Position numbers and translations under genes: made by a program. From Ancylonema sp. (lineage: Eukaryota), in the NCBI GenBank assembly GCA_050230475.1, contig JBFLGF010000226.1:62001-110652 (forward strand): 48,652 nt of DNA. Direction: 5' to 3'. Under the pieces are notes generated by a model that was not told the origin of the DNA, ran no database searches, and saw only the letters and a program-made list of their open reading frames with translations. This document shows, in pieces, positions 36,480 to 48,652 of this stretch (positions are counted from its first letter, which is position 1; the number at the start of each line of letters is the position of its first letter).

Positions 36480-39211
36480 GTAACAATGCAAAACGCAACT
36501 ACAGTCTCTTTCATGGTGAATGTTTGGCTGTTATTTGGGCTGTGCAACACTGTCGTCAATTCCTATTTGGCAAACCTTTCACCCTCATCAGTGACCATGC
36601 ACCACTCAAATGGATCATGACCAGAACCAAACGCACGGGAAAACTTGCACGTTGGGCCTTACTCCTCCAAGAGTTCGAATTCGAGGTTATTCACCGTCCT
36701 CGCATGGCCAACTCCAACGTTGATGGGTGCAATCGCTGTCCGCTACCTAAAACGGCTACTGACAACCATGAGATCGAAACTTTGGGCGAGAAAACTCCTT
36801 GCTACTACGTTCAGACCTCACCAAGAGGTTACACACCACCATCCTACTTTCTGGGTTTTCACCACGGAGCACCACCTCCGGAAAACGCCAAAGTTGACAT
36901 CTAGGATGACAACGCAACCATGACACTTCTCAAGACTCATTCATACTTACCCGATCTAAACTCAACTACGGGACCGAACATATAGGCGGGCCTGAAATAC
37001 ATATGGATGGGACGTTATGTGTACAAAATTCCAACCTCCGTTCACATAACAATTGTTCCATCACCACCAGAATGTTTAGCACTCATCAATACCATGCACT
37101 CACGCTATGGCCAATTTTGTGTCAAACGCGTACTTCACGCATTACAACAAGATTACTAGTGGCATGGCACGGGTGATCATGTTATTAAATTCATCAAAGA
37201 GTGTTCAGCATGTTCTCGAGCCAAAACCAACTTGGTAGATGGACATACACAGTTACAACCATAACCTACGATCCGACGATTGTTCTACCGCTGGGGAGTT
37301 GACTTCGCAGGTCCCATGCCTGAAAATACCGGCAATAACCAATGCGTTATGGTCTGTATTGAACACACCACCAAATGGGTTGAACTCATCCCTGTCATGA
37401 CGCTAGAGATCGCTAAGGCGAAACCCCTCTAGATTGATCAGAAACCTCTCTGGATTAATACTCTGCCATAACCAGAGTGTTCGATGTATCGATTTTCTAG
37501 ATTTAGTACTCTTCTATAAAAATAGTGAAGTACGGAATTTGTACGACTTGAAAATAACGCGTGGCGTATTTTCCGAAGTCTAGAATCCAGCAGTCTTCAA
37601 CAAATAGTTGCGTGTCGATTTTGTTTAAATCACTAGTCTCTTTCGACTTGTCGATAATCCCGGCGATTTAATCCAGCCGTAGAACTAGAGTAATATTTCG
37701 CGCCGCTTCCATCGGAGCGCCGAGATGAATTGTACTGTTCTAGAAGCCAGCCTGTCGTGATCTTCGACAGTTTAACTCTAGTTAACTTTGCCGGTTAGCA
37801 CCGAGCAACAACTTTGTGATAAAATAAAAATTTCAGATCTGCCAGCTTCCGTTGTCAGATTGCGCTGTTAAGAAATCCCTTCCAACAATCTTCTGTAATC
37901 TGAATCCTTTGCAATTCTTTGAATGTTGCATCCCTTCGCTTACGCGACTTCGCAACGTGGTCGTCTTCCGACTCAGCCTGACATCCGTCAGCCAGCCGGT
38001 AAGATTGCAAATCATTCTTTGCAATCACTGTATGTGTGTATTTGATCTGATTCGTCTGAATTTGTTGCTGACGCTCTTCTTGAGCCAACTTGTTAATCGA
38101 CTGTAAATTCTTACATCGATTCGCTAACGCTCTCTCTGAGCCAGCAAGCGTGCGTGTGTGTGTGAAACATTTGTCGATTTGCCCGCGTTCGCTCCAAACC
38201 GGCACTTTCATTTGTGTGTGTGTGTTTGCTGTCGCTCGCTCCGAGCCAGCATTTGTTGTAAACACCTGTCTGCTTACGCTCTTTTTGAGCTAGCATCTTT
38301 TATCAACGCGCCGTCGATACTTTGCTTTCGCACCGAAAGTAACTCTTACGGCTCCTAACCTTGATAGTTTGCACCAGACTATCTTGTTTGCATTATAGTA
38401 TTTTCACACACTTTTGTACTATAAACCATCTGTTAGCTCGCCCTCGGCGTTAAGTAGTGAATTTCACCAGACCGCTGAGACGTGTGATAGATATAATATT
38501 GATATCTCACAGAGACTCAATCTGCAATACTACTTAGTGAGAGCAACACAATACCACATTGTGACTTTATGAGAGGTTACCAACATTTATCGATACAAGA
38601 TTGTGACTATATGAGATGATCAACATTCAAAACTTAGAGAAGAAGAAGTTATGAGGACATCAAAAGATAGAACTTCAGTTCAGAGAGAAGGTCAAGGTGT
38701 GAAGAACATCATTCCGGGTGACCGACTCCAAACAGCACGTCATCCCTTTACCCGACAAATCATCTAGATGAGTAGCACATGCTTTACTGACCAATGTTCT
38801 CTCTCGATTTGGCGCACCTGACGAAATCATCACAGATTAAGCGGCTGAATTTGAAGGGGCATTTACCGAACTGTTAGTAGGGCACCGTGTCACACATCGC
38901 ACTACTACTAGAGAACACTCACAATCCGATGGTTTGGTTGAACGCATGGTACAAACTATGAAACTCTCCTCACGCAAGATACTCCTCAAAGAACACCGCA
39001 CTGATTGGGAACTCTACCTCCCGAATGTGGCGAGGGGTTACCGCATGAACAAACAAGCGTCAAGTTGTTATTCACCCTACCATCTACTGTATGCCAAACA
39101 ACCTATCTTCCAGGCTCAAATCCAAGAGGCAGAACACGACCCCTTACTTGAGGCACTAAAAGAATTACCAAATTCCATACTCGAACCGACCAAACTCTTT
39201 AAAGAAGTTAT
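36480..39211 (+). pseudogene. Element G remnant: gypsy RNaseH-integrase of the D lineage, interrupted at 37393-38742 and cut at 39212
   Basis: ECLAVIWAVQHCRQFLFG, SDHAPLKW, KLARWALLLQEF; RWGVDFAGP, IEHTTKWVELIP|LPDKS, HSQSDGLVERMVQT, GYRMNKQAS (cf. D GYRMTKQAS). Confidence 0.9.
37393..38742 (+). mobile_element. A+B-only insertion (A 37393-38536, B 38538-38742), no coding region
   Basis: TG...CA ends, TSD TCCC; removal restores the in-frame integrase ELIPLPD. Confidence 0.85.
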
Positions 39212-42200
39212 TGTTAGAATATTTTGGATAGCCATATGTTATGCGTGCTAGTCCAATTGTGACCGGTTACTCTACTAACCGGGAGCAATATTCTAGATGT
39301 GCCTGTATGCAGGGCCGTGCAAGTTTGTGCCCGGGCACCTGACATGTTTCCGACGTTTAGAGACGTTATTTGTTTGAAGCGTCGTGACTGGCTTGTTTAG
39401 TCGTGTCAGAAATGGGCATGTGCCGTTGACATGTAGAAGAGCTGTCAGTCAATGATAGGCCGACGGTCAATTGTGCCGACCGTCGGTACGCAACAATCTG
39501 TAAAGCGCATCGGGTATTACCATCCCCGATGCAATCACAATAATAATTCGTTCCACACACACGCAACTCCTGTCTCGTTGATCATCAGTAAAGAGATCCT
39601 TTTGCGTACGGTTCGTTTTGTCGCCCACCTAATTATTCCGGCACGTCTAATCACTCAAAAGCTTCTAGGATATGGGCCCACGTGCGGTCTAGTTCAGACG
39701 CCGTGTTGGTTAAAAACTAAAGGCTCCACGCGATTTCGCTGCGGTAATCTCTGTGAACGGTATATGCCAGTGAGCGCAAATATATTCGTGGTTGTTAAGG
39801 TCTGCACGTAATTCTGTTGACATTGCGCTGCAAGCTTTCGAGCTGAGTGCTGCAGTGCAGGAATTGCACTGAGAACTCGAGCTGAGCGAGAAATTTTAAA
39901 ACTACACAATAGGCCATAATGTCGGATAGGTCGCAAATCCCTCTTTACTGGAGCTGATTATACACGATGGGCCATCAAGGTCAAGTATGGGCTGGCGGAT
40001 AAGAAACTGCACCGTTTGGTGATGGATTGGGACAGTTTGCCGCGAAAGTGTCGCCCAGACGTTATCCTTCCATACACCTGATAACGAGCTGCAATTTGCC
40101 GCCAGGGGGATCCGTGGGTGAAATATTGGTCAGAGAGCAGCAGATTTCCCAGCAGCTGCTGGAGCTGGAGAAATGGGAAAGACAATCTGGCTGCTGTGTC
40201 ATACATTGTAAGCACCTAGGTCCTTCGGAGCTGACGCACGTCACGGACTGCACTACAGCTGCCGGAATGTGGATGCCCTGAGGCATTCTACCAGGTGCAA
40301 GGTGCGATCGAGATCGCAAATACGGAAGCACTGCTGAGCGCGATCATATAGACAGAGGCGGAGGACCTCAACGTGTACGTCAAGCGTCTGCAGCAGCTGC
40401 ACCAGGATCTAAAAAATCTGGGGGCGCCAGTATCTCCGACGAAGCAGGCGATCAACCTGCTGAACTCGTTAAACACGCATTACAGCCCAATGGTCTCAAC
40501 GCTGATGCCATGGTCCGAGTCGTCACCACACCTCTTCACGATTCCACACATCGTGAGTGCGCTGCTGCGAGACGACGTGCGGAAGGAGCTGAATGAGCGG
40601 AAAAGGGGGGCGCTGCCAGGAGGTCACCAAGCGCATTATGGTGGACCTGGGGGGGGGAATGGAGCTGGAGGTAGCCGCAGATCTGGTGGTGGCACTGGAG
40701 CTGGTCGCAGAGACGCTGCAGGCGTCGAATGCTTCGGCTGCCACAAATTCGGGCACATCAGAGCGAATTGCCCTTCACCAGCTCCTGGCGGAGGCCATGC
40801 GGGAGCTTGGAAATGTCATAGGTGCCACCAGGCAGGCCACCGAGCTGCTCAGTGCCCTGCGACCTCGCCAGCAGCTGGAAATGTTGCGCACGCTACTCAG
40901 GGAAGTTCAGGGGGGAGGCAGAAGTGCAGGATATTCAACATTATAGGGCACACAATTGAACATTGTAGAAAAAGAACATCTGACATGGCTCTAATGAACC
41001 CAGAAGCTGCTAGGAGGGCTGATGCACATGCTAGACTTGCTCGCTTTGCTGACAAAAACCCTTCAACGAATGTGGATTATTTAGCTTTCGGTGCTTTCTC
41101 GTTCGATGTTGCCCGGGCATTGTCTGCTGGTCTTCACACAGACTCCCTGATCTTCTGGATACAGGTGCTACCGACCACATTTTCACGGCACGTGAACATT
41201 TTGTGGAGTACACACCTACCCTGAGCACGCAGAAGGCCTACATCACCACTGCTGACGGCTCGTCACACAAGGTGGAGGGCACTGGCTTCGTGCACATCCG
41301 AGTGAGGAATGGCGACGCTTTTTTTGTGCAGCCACTCAGCTCGATCCACGTCCCAACCTTTGCCTGCACCCTCGTGTCGACCTCGTGCCTCGTCAGAAGA
41401 GGTGGGCTGAGCTTTCTACAGCTGCCGCCCACGGGTCCAGAATTAAACAAGGGAAATGTGAAATGGGCTGATTTGCAGCAGCCTAGTGGTCTGACTCTGC
41501 TTGCTGCCACAATCGTTATTATTATGCCTGGATCTCATGATACAACAGCGAATTTGTCCACAGGCATGGTCTGGCATCACAAATTGGGTCACCCCAGTTC
41601 TGATGTGATGTCAGATTTCGCCAGACGTGGGGACATCCCAGAGTTAAGTCAGGGGGAATTAACTGAAGTTAAGGGATGTCAGGTTTGCTGTCAGGGGAAG
41701 ATGACTCAGCTCAGTCCTAAGGTCAGTGCAGATCTGGGGACATGCCCCAAGATGGGTCGCATTCACCTGGATCTCAATGGACCACTGTCTGTCAGGTCAG
41801 CTAACGGGGGATTTACATCTGCTCAGACAGGGATAGAGGTATCCACACGTCTGTCATTTGTCAGCTTGTTAAAAACAAAGGATGAAGCACTGAACCGAGC
41901 AAAAGTCACTATACAATTGCTCGAGGTCCAGTCAGGTCTGCCCCTACAGTCTATACGGACAGACAAGGGAGGGGAGTATATGTCTCAGGACTGGATAAAC
42001 TACTGTGGGGGGAAGGGTATTGACAAGCAAACCACAGAAGCATATAGTCCTGAACAAAACGGAATCTGTGAAAGACTGAATAGAACATTGATAGAAAAAA
42101 TGCGATGCATATTAATCTGGTCAGGTCTACCGAAGTCTTATTGGGATGTGGCATTATTACATGCAAACTGGTTAAGGAACAGAACACCCACAAAGTCGCT

Positions 42201-42950
42201 TTCTGGGAGAATTCCAATTGAGGTCTGGGAGGGAAAGAACATGACAGTTAATAAAAGTCATAATTTCGGGTGTCTGGTCCAATATCTGAAGGTTGGGGGG
42301 GAAAAGAACAGTCAAGGGGACAAGTTTGCCCCTCGCACTTGCTTTGGTGTGTTTCTGGGGATCGCTGCGGGGAGTGCAGGCTACAATGTTTTCGACCCCC
42401 ATAGAGCTGGGGTGATATCACGCACGGACGTGCGGTTCTTCGAGGAGGTGCCGGGGTACCCGAAGCTGATGGGGGGGAGAGCTCCCCAGATTGAGGAGGC
42501 AGCAGAAAAACACTTTTTCTACCTTTTCCCCGACCCTGAAGATGAACCAGCTGCAGCAGTTGTGCCAGCAGAAGCAGTCCACCCCAACATGCCAGCAGCA
42601 GCAGTCCACCCCACCAGCAGCAGCAGCAGTTCTGCAACCGATGCCAGCAGTTCTTCTGCAGCCAATCCCAGCACCAGCAGAAGCAGCAGTCCCTGAGCCA
42701 GCAGCTGCCGCCATCGACTATCCCGACAACTTCCAGCCACAAGCTGCTGAGGTCCCTAACGCTACGATTGTGCTGTCTAACAGCCAATCAGGGATCAACA
42801 ACGCAGGAGGTGGAGATGCAGGGGAGGAGGAGGTGCAAGGAGGGGGTGGAAACCCAGAAGTGGGGGAGCCTGGCAGCGTAGCTGATCGGATGATGGCTAG
42901 AAGGCGAGCCAACTTTGCAGAGTATGGGGATCTCATGTGATGTGATGGAG
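39212..42950 (+). mobile_element. Ty1/copia copy B3, truncated after integrase
   Basis: LTR 39212-39667, PBS 39668-39680, gag from ~39919, PR-INT ORF 41203-42696; homology ends ~42950. Confidence 0.92.
39919..42940 (+). pseudogene. copia B3 gag-PR-integrase
   Basis: CFGCHKFGHIRANC, LDTGATDH, WHHKLGHPS...CQVCCQGK, IRTDKGGEY, SPEQNGICERLNRTL. Confidence 0.92.
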
Positions 42951-43309
42951 AAAAATCATATTTTGATAAGCTTGCAAAGTTTTAGGACGAGGTGTTGAGT
43001 TTTCAATAATTGGTGAAACTTCCTAGACGGATCAGATTCATAGTTTTCAGAGGGCCCATGAGGAGAGGACGTTTTCCATTTGGGGGGTGTAGTACATTGC
43101 GGTACATTGGGAGAGATCAGTAGTACCAAAAAGTTGGGGGGTGACTTGGAGTACAACATGCGAGCGGCTTTTGAGATTGGGATTTAGAAGATACAATAAG
43201 TTGTTTTTTTTTTAATAATACAAGTTTGGGAGTAGGGGGTGTGGTATTTTCAATTAGGGGGTGTATTGAGATATAATTGTAAATGCAATCGTAGCTTTTC
43301 ATTGGTTAA

Positions 43310-44395
43310 TCCTGGGGATGATTTCGGGATATAATTCGGTTAGAATTTTTTTTTTAGTACGGGATATTTTCATATACGGACATTTTAGCGGGGGGCATAA
43401 TATCGATAGGAAGTATTTTCAGTGGCCCGCTTACGAAATCTAGTCACTATAGATAGATCGGTGGGGACCACACTCGGGATGACTAGATGGGACGATAAGT
43501 TGACTAGGATAAGCGGCGCCGCAACCTTATCCGGTGCGCTAAGATATTATAGGATCTTTGTACTCTCAAGGGATATAGCCTGTTCGGCGACAATCTCTAA
43601 TTCAATTCGATCAAGACATCCTTCTGACAATTATCGACTTGATAATAGTGTATGTTGTTGATCATTCCACCTTCCGTGAATAGTGTTACATTCACCGGAT
43701 TGAAGTGACAGCCAATGAGTTTGGCCTTGTCGAGAGTAGGAAAACAAGTCGAACACGGTCAACTTACAAAATTCGTCGACGGTAGTCGCACGAGCAATCG
43801 TAGACAAGACACAAAGATGATGGCAAGAACCGGCGTCAGCCAGGATTTGCAGAATTCAAAAAACACAATTGACAGGATTTCTGCGAAAAGATATTGAAAG
43901 TTTCTTGACGGCGCAATCTGACACCGGAAGCTAGCAGATCTGTACAATGAAAATGTCTTTATGCTATGATCGTCAAATCGTCAAACTAACTAGAGTTAAT
44001 CGACATGGTTAATCGACAGGCTGTACTCTAGAAAGTTATATTTAATCTTGGCGCTACAAATATAGACGTCTAAGTATTCTACGGCTGGATTTTATCGCCG
44101 AGATAATATCGACAAGTCAGAAATATCATCGTCGATAAAAGTTGCGCTAAGCGAAAAATCGACACGCAGTCTAAATTGTACGACTGCTGGATATTATACT
44201 TGGAAAATACGCCACGCGTTATTTTCGTGTTTACAAAAAGTTGTTGGATTGCGGAGTACTGATTCTAACTTCACCCAAAATCATGAAATCGCTATATCGA
44301 AATCTGGTTGCTTATAACAAGGTATTTTACTAGAGAGGTCTGGATATTGTTACAAAAGGGGTTTTACCCTTAACGATCTAACAAGGCGCCCGCTA
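43310..44395 (-). repeat. Diverged 'A' unit (F subfamily); left boundary approximate
   Basis: Shares blocks with the C1 A unit: AACGCGTGGCGTATTTTCC, GCGTGTCGATTTTT, AATCCAGCCGTAGAA, AACTCTAGTTA, AGCTTCCGGTGTCAGATTGCGC. Confidence 0.75.
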
Positions 44396-44397
44396 GC

Positions 44398-44604
44398 TGA
44401 CGTGCGGTTTGGAGTCGGTTGCTCATGATGGGTTTCTGTAGAATTCAAAGGTGTCGTCGATGTAGTCGATCGTTGTTGGAGAGTATTGAATGGATGAAGT
44501 GTTGTAGGTTCGGACTTTTGGAGTCAATGGTTCTTGTATGTCTTCGGCTTCAGCAACTACTTCTCGATGGTCATGTAGTGTTCAAGGTGGCTCGGTTGCT
44601 CTCA
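44398..44604 (-). repeat. B unit of element F (207 bp), preceded by a PPT at 44605-44615
   Basis: Minus strand G9AG-TGAGAGCAAC...CCGACTCCAAACCGCACGTCA; ends nearly identical to 38538-38742. Confidence 0.8.
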
Positions 44605-45256
44605 CTCCCCCCCCCAAGCTACGGAACTTTCGTAGAGAAGCTAGGTCACAGCACCAGACGAGTGTGTGAAGGATGGTAGTCAGGTAATTGGTAGTTGGTT
44701 GTTCAGTTGTAGGAGAAAGTGGTGTAGGTTCTGGGGAACGGTTAAGTAAGGAGTGTTGTTCACGTTGACGTTGGTTGAGATATGGTTCCAAGTTTTTGAA
44801 ATGCCATGGTGTATAAAGTTGTGGAGACGGTGTAGATGGTGGTGATGGTATAGGTTCCTCAAGCAATTATGGTAAACTATCGGGTAGACTATTAGAGTCG
44901 GATAGAGTATCGCTAGAAGTGGTGTAAGGAGATACGTAAAAATGTAGTTGGACTGGTGGTTGGGGAATAGGTTTATGAATTCCCAGGGTCAAATCAGAAA
45001 AGCATTCACAGTGTGCTTTGCCGTTGTGATAGCTTGGTTGGTTGTATTCTGGTTTCCATTGGCGTTTTGGTTTATGTTGTTGCCAGGGTGGTATGCTGGC
45101 AGGTGGATGTTGTGTAGAAGTGAAATAGGATTTTGTTGTTGGTTTTTTCTTTTTGTTAGTAGATTTTGATTTATTCCCGAATTGGTAAGTCTTGTTGTTC
45201 CTCCCCCCCAATGGTGGTATTGGTGCATACCTGGTGTCCGGGGTGAGGGTTGATTC

Positions 45257-47082
45257 CTATGTGGTGAGTCCCAAATGTAGTCTTGCAAGAAAGTTAGTGA
45301 TGCAGTCATCCATGCAGTGCCCCAAGAATTGTACACGTGTGGGTTGATCAATCATCTTGTGTGCAGTGATACCGATTTGGAGTCCCAAGGCGCGTTCCAA
45401 TTCGTATGGTGTGGGTGCCTACCATTGTTGAAGGTTTGCGTCGTCGACCATGCCAGAGCCCGGTGTCCCATCTGGTTTGAGGAAATAGTCGGGTGAGTCT
45501 AGGTATGGTGGAAGTTGGGGAAGAACGCACCGTGGGTGATCATAGGTGTTCGGGATGTGAGGTGTAGCTTCCTCCATAGAGACAGGTACCGCAGTATGGG
45601 TTGGTTCCAGCACGTGTTTGTCTAGAGCGAGTGCAAATCTACGTTCTGGTATGCAGTAGTGAAGTTCGCGTGGTGTGAGAATGTTGGTCCAGACTCGGGT
45701 GCGTCGAATGACATTTCCGGCCAAGGTGGCTGCGTCTATAGTGACTGATGGTCCGAGGAAAGCTTCAGCCAAGTATCCATGTTCGATGGCCCACAGTGGA
45801 CATTCTGGGTAATCCACATGTGTGAAGAAGAGTTGACGGGGTAGAAGCCATAGATCTCATTGTGCCAATGCAGCCATGATAGAACTGCGAAGAAGGGTAG
45901 TATACGGTAGTCATTGACCCCTTGCAGTCCACAGAATGATCGGCGTGTCTCCGTGTGCTAGTTCCCCCCCACCCTGTCAATTGGTCCATGTTTCGCGACT
46001 AGCTCCCCCATCTGGGCCAAGGTGACGTCTTCTGCTCGGGGTGGTAAGATAATGTGGCAGAGATCAATGGCTGAATCTGGTAATAGATGTGGGTAGATGA
46101 GTTGGAGTTTTTGCATGTTTTGCCGAACTACATTTTTGCGGTGCAGATCCGGTGTGGCGACGTTGACGCCTTTGATGAGTTTGCCTTGTTTGAGGATGTA
46201 GGTGAGTGGGGCCAGGTTTGCGTTAGGCCAGGAAATCCAAACGTGCACTCCTTGGGTGGAGCACTCTTCACGGATGTAGCTGATAGTAGAGGGAAGAGGT
46301 TTCGTGCCATGGAGTGGGCGTCCCTTCCAGGTAAGAGAGATGGGTAATGGTTGTGTGGTTGCTTGAGCTCTGGCTCTCCCTGAGGTTAGCACTTTCGTGC
46401 CTTGTCGTGCATGTTCATGTACAAAATGGGTGATGATGTCTGGTTGGGTTGGTTTCTATATCTGCCTTTAAATTTCTTCTTGTTGAATTTTCTGGAGGGT
46501 TGGAGGAATGATTTTCTAGTCTATCATGGTTTGAAGACCGGGTACTGTGAATGCGGAGGTAATTTGGAATGGGTTGGGGAATTGACGTATGATGGATCTG
46601 GAGATTTCTACAACTGTGAGATCCCTTTCATCTTGAGGGTATGCAGTGACCTCGCGTGGCGCACGTAGGCGAGATTTTGCTTCCATGTTGGTGATGAAGA
46701 GTTGTCCCAAGATGGTGTTTTCTCTAGTTGCGATATGTTGTACTGATGGTCTTATCGAGGAGAGTGGTTTTGACTTGACATGTTGGGGTGTAGATGTTGG
46801 TGAGGGTGTTGCGCTGGGTCCACGACTGGTCGTGGGATGCATGACCAAGTATGCTTCTACTTTTGGGATGGTAGGTAGTGGAGGAATATTTTGTTGATTT
46901 TTTTTGCGGCTGAGAGATCGTGCATCACTGGGAGATATGGGTCCACGTTGGTGGTCTTGCGTGGTACGTACCCTTGCAAGAGTGGTGATGTGGTCTGAGT
47001 CTCCCATAGGTGCATCATCGTCGGAGTCAGAAGATCCCGTGACCTCTTTCCCTTTTCGCAATGCTTCCCTTTCCTCTGCCAA
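45257..47082 (-). pseudogene. F accessory ORF with C5 DNA-methyltransferase-like domain (~46340-45257)
   Basis: YPHLLPDSA, GPIDRVGGN, FLGPSVTIDAA, RRTRVWTN, VLEPTH, GTPGSGM, ELERALGLQIGIT, RVQFLGHCMD; broken by stops and frameshifts. Confidence 0.72.
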
Positions 47083-48574
47083 TGTTGATGGGAAATTTCT
47101 CGCTAGTAGGTCCCAAGCTCATTTCTTGAGATCCAGATGCAGTGACGTAAGGTGTTCCAATTTTGAGCATATTTGCAGTGATGCCCATGCGATTAGCCAT
47201 GGGTCTGCCAATCATAGTATTAATAGCACCACTGTCAACTACACATTTGTTTGGTATATGGTCATAAATGGTCAAGACGCCTTTGTTGTTTTTGAGAAGC
47301 GCAATACCGAAGTTGGTGTCTTGTCGGCTGCGGTTCTTGGTTTTTAGTGGGTCTGACACTGCGATGTACAGCTCTGGTGGTGTGGGCTGCAGTGCGTCAA
47401 GTAGTTCCTTGACCTGATGTTCGGCCTTCTTTGCCACCTGCAATTGGGTAGGTAACGCAAGTACATGTGCATGCAAAGTGTCATGAAGTGCTTGTGCTTG
47501 AGGTAGTGGTAGAGGAGGTGGTGCCTTTGTATCATGAAATTGGTTCATGTTTGTTGTCCCTGCCTCGAGTCAGTTAGGAAATCTTGGTGTAAATGAATTC
47601 GGAATTTTAGAAGAATACCCCTGTCGTCTGCCATAATCTTCACCTTCCCTATTCTACATGTCCAACAATGTTTCTGGATGTGGTTATAGGTAAGGTGTGG
47701 TAGACGTAGATGGTTCAGGGTCTGGTAGATAATGCAGTGGTAGTGGATTTGGTAGAGGTGGAATGGGTGTTCTTGTATCCTCTCTTGAAGGTGGTGGTGT
47801 GTGGAAGTCCGTGTTCGAGCCTGAGCTAGGCGGTGTATCAAGCTGAACAAGTGGGTCATGAAATTATGTTTGTTGGTTCTTTGCAATCTGCTTTTTCTTC
47901 TTGGCGGATAGTCTGGTAGACAACCTGGTAGTCATGAGACATTGACATGGTATCGTGTGAATGATTACCTGCTCTGTTCCCTGGTTGTAATAGGACATAG
48001 CCTCCAATTCCCGGTGACGTTCCAGATCTGACTGCATGACAATGTAACTTGGTTGTTGGTCACGTTTGGACCATCCCAGTAACTTTGGTTGCTCTGCAGC
48101 ACGTGTAGTTGCCAAGGTAAGTAAGTTTTGTGCTTTGAATTTCCTGCATTGGTCTTTTGTGTGGTGTCGTCCTATGCAGTATTCACATTGTGCATCAATA
48201 ATACATTGTTTTGCATCATACTGTCGTTCGCGAGGTTTGAATGGTGGTGTGTTTTGTTGTCTATTCTCTTGGTTGCCTCCATAGTTTCCTCCCTTGAACT
48301 GTGTGTTCTATGAAAGGTTAGTTTTGGAGCCTCCTGTCTGGTTTTGAGTTGTGGACTGATAGTTGTTTGGTTTCTTGTTTCCAGGACAATCCCGAGCCAG
48401 ATGAGGTCTTCCACAAGAAAAACATGTCAATGGGATGTCCGACCGTGGTGGAAATCCATTGTTCTCTCGGTGTTGTGTGGAAGGAGTAGAAGTTGTTTGT
48501 GGTCGAGTAGGAGTATAAGATTTAGTAATTCCTGCAGCTCGATTATCTCCGTCTTGTTTCATTTTGAGGAGTTC
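47075..48574 (-). pseudogene. F gag C-terminus and aspartic protease N-terminal half
   Basis: Knuckles CFSCGRPHLARDC and YCIGRHHTKDQC; KCVVDSGAINTMIG. Confidence 0.82.
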
Positions 48575-48652
48575 CGTTGGAATATTTTGGATAGCCATAT
48601 GTTATGCTTGCTAGTCCAGTTGTAACCGGTTACTCTAACCGGGAGCAATATT
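48575..48652 (+). repeat. Start of a copia B-family LTR (runs off the window)
   Basis: GTTGGAATATTTTGGATAGCCATATGTTATGC matches 39212 onward and the reverse complement of the 30238-30703 LTR end. Confidence 0.9.

Larger units (their letters stand above)
44398..48574 (-). mobile_element. Element F: relative of C1 (gag, protease, methyltransferase-like domain, PPT, B); 5' part beyond a copia insertion and the window end
   Basis: Knuckle CFSCGRPHLARDCP, protease VVDSGA, linker motifs PISPSDAR and VEAYL shared with C1, homologous 3' region; no RT/RH/INT between the protease and the PPT. Confidence 0.8.

Noticed and set aside
36184..36559. Poly-Tyr / poly-Asn ORFs
   Set aside because: Translations of the (TTA)n microsatellite.
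43420..43545. GC-rich stretch with short hairpins as a possible tRNA/ncRNA
   Set aside because: No cloverleaf or T-loop consensus; it lies within the F-type A unit.

Overview
Eukaryotic, host-gene-free retrotransposon nest; no host gene, rRNA, tRNA or CRISPR array is supported. The element mix suggests a green alga or non-seed plant (inference). TSDs and reading-frame continuity resolve the nesting. A minus-strand Ty3/gypsy-like element D (1115-36082; gag, protease fused to integrase-PHD) hosts a Ty1/copia element (1331-7917), a hAT-type non-autonomous DNA transposon (32856-34348) and a related element C1 (10330-31742, TSD TGGT). C1 in turn hosts a self-priming chromovirus (10987-16532), a solo copia LTR and two more copia copies. 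To the right lie a gypsy RNaseH-integrase remnant, another copia and a third relative, F (44398 to >48574). Two unusual signals stand out. (1) The D/C1/F lineage does not have a matched LTR pair: it starts with a ~1.1 kb 'A' unit (TGTCATG...) and ends, after a poly-G PPT, with an unrelated 76-207 bp 'B' unit (TGAGA...CACGTCA); B-nn-A junctions and a TSD-flanked A+B-only insertion also occur. (2) C1 and F show no RT, RNaseH or integrase and instead encode a C5 cytosine-methyltransferase-like fold whose catalytic motifs are altered in both diverged copies. Nearly all ORFs are broken by stops or frameshifts. Coordinates were read by eye and may be off by a few bases.
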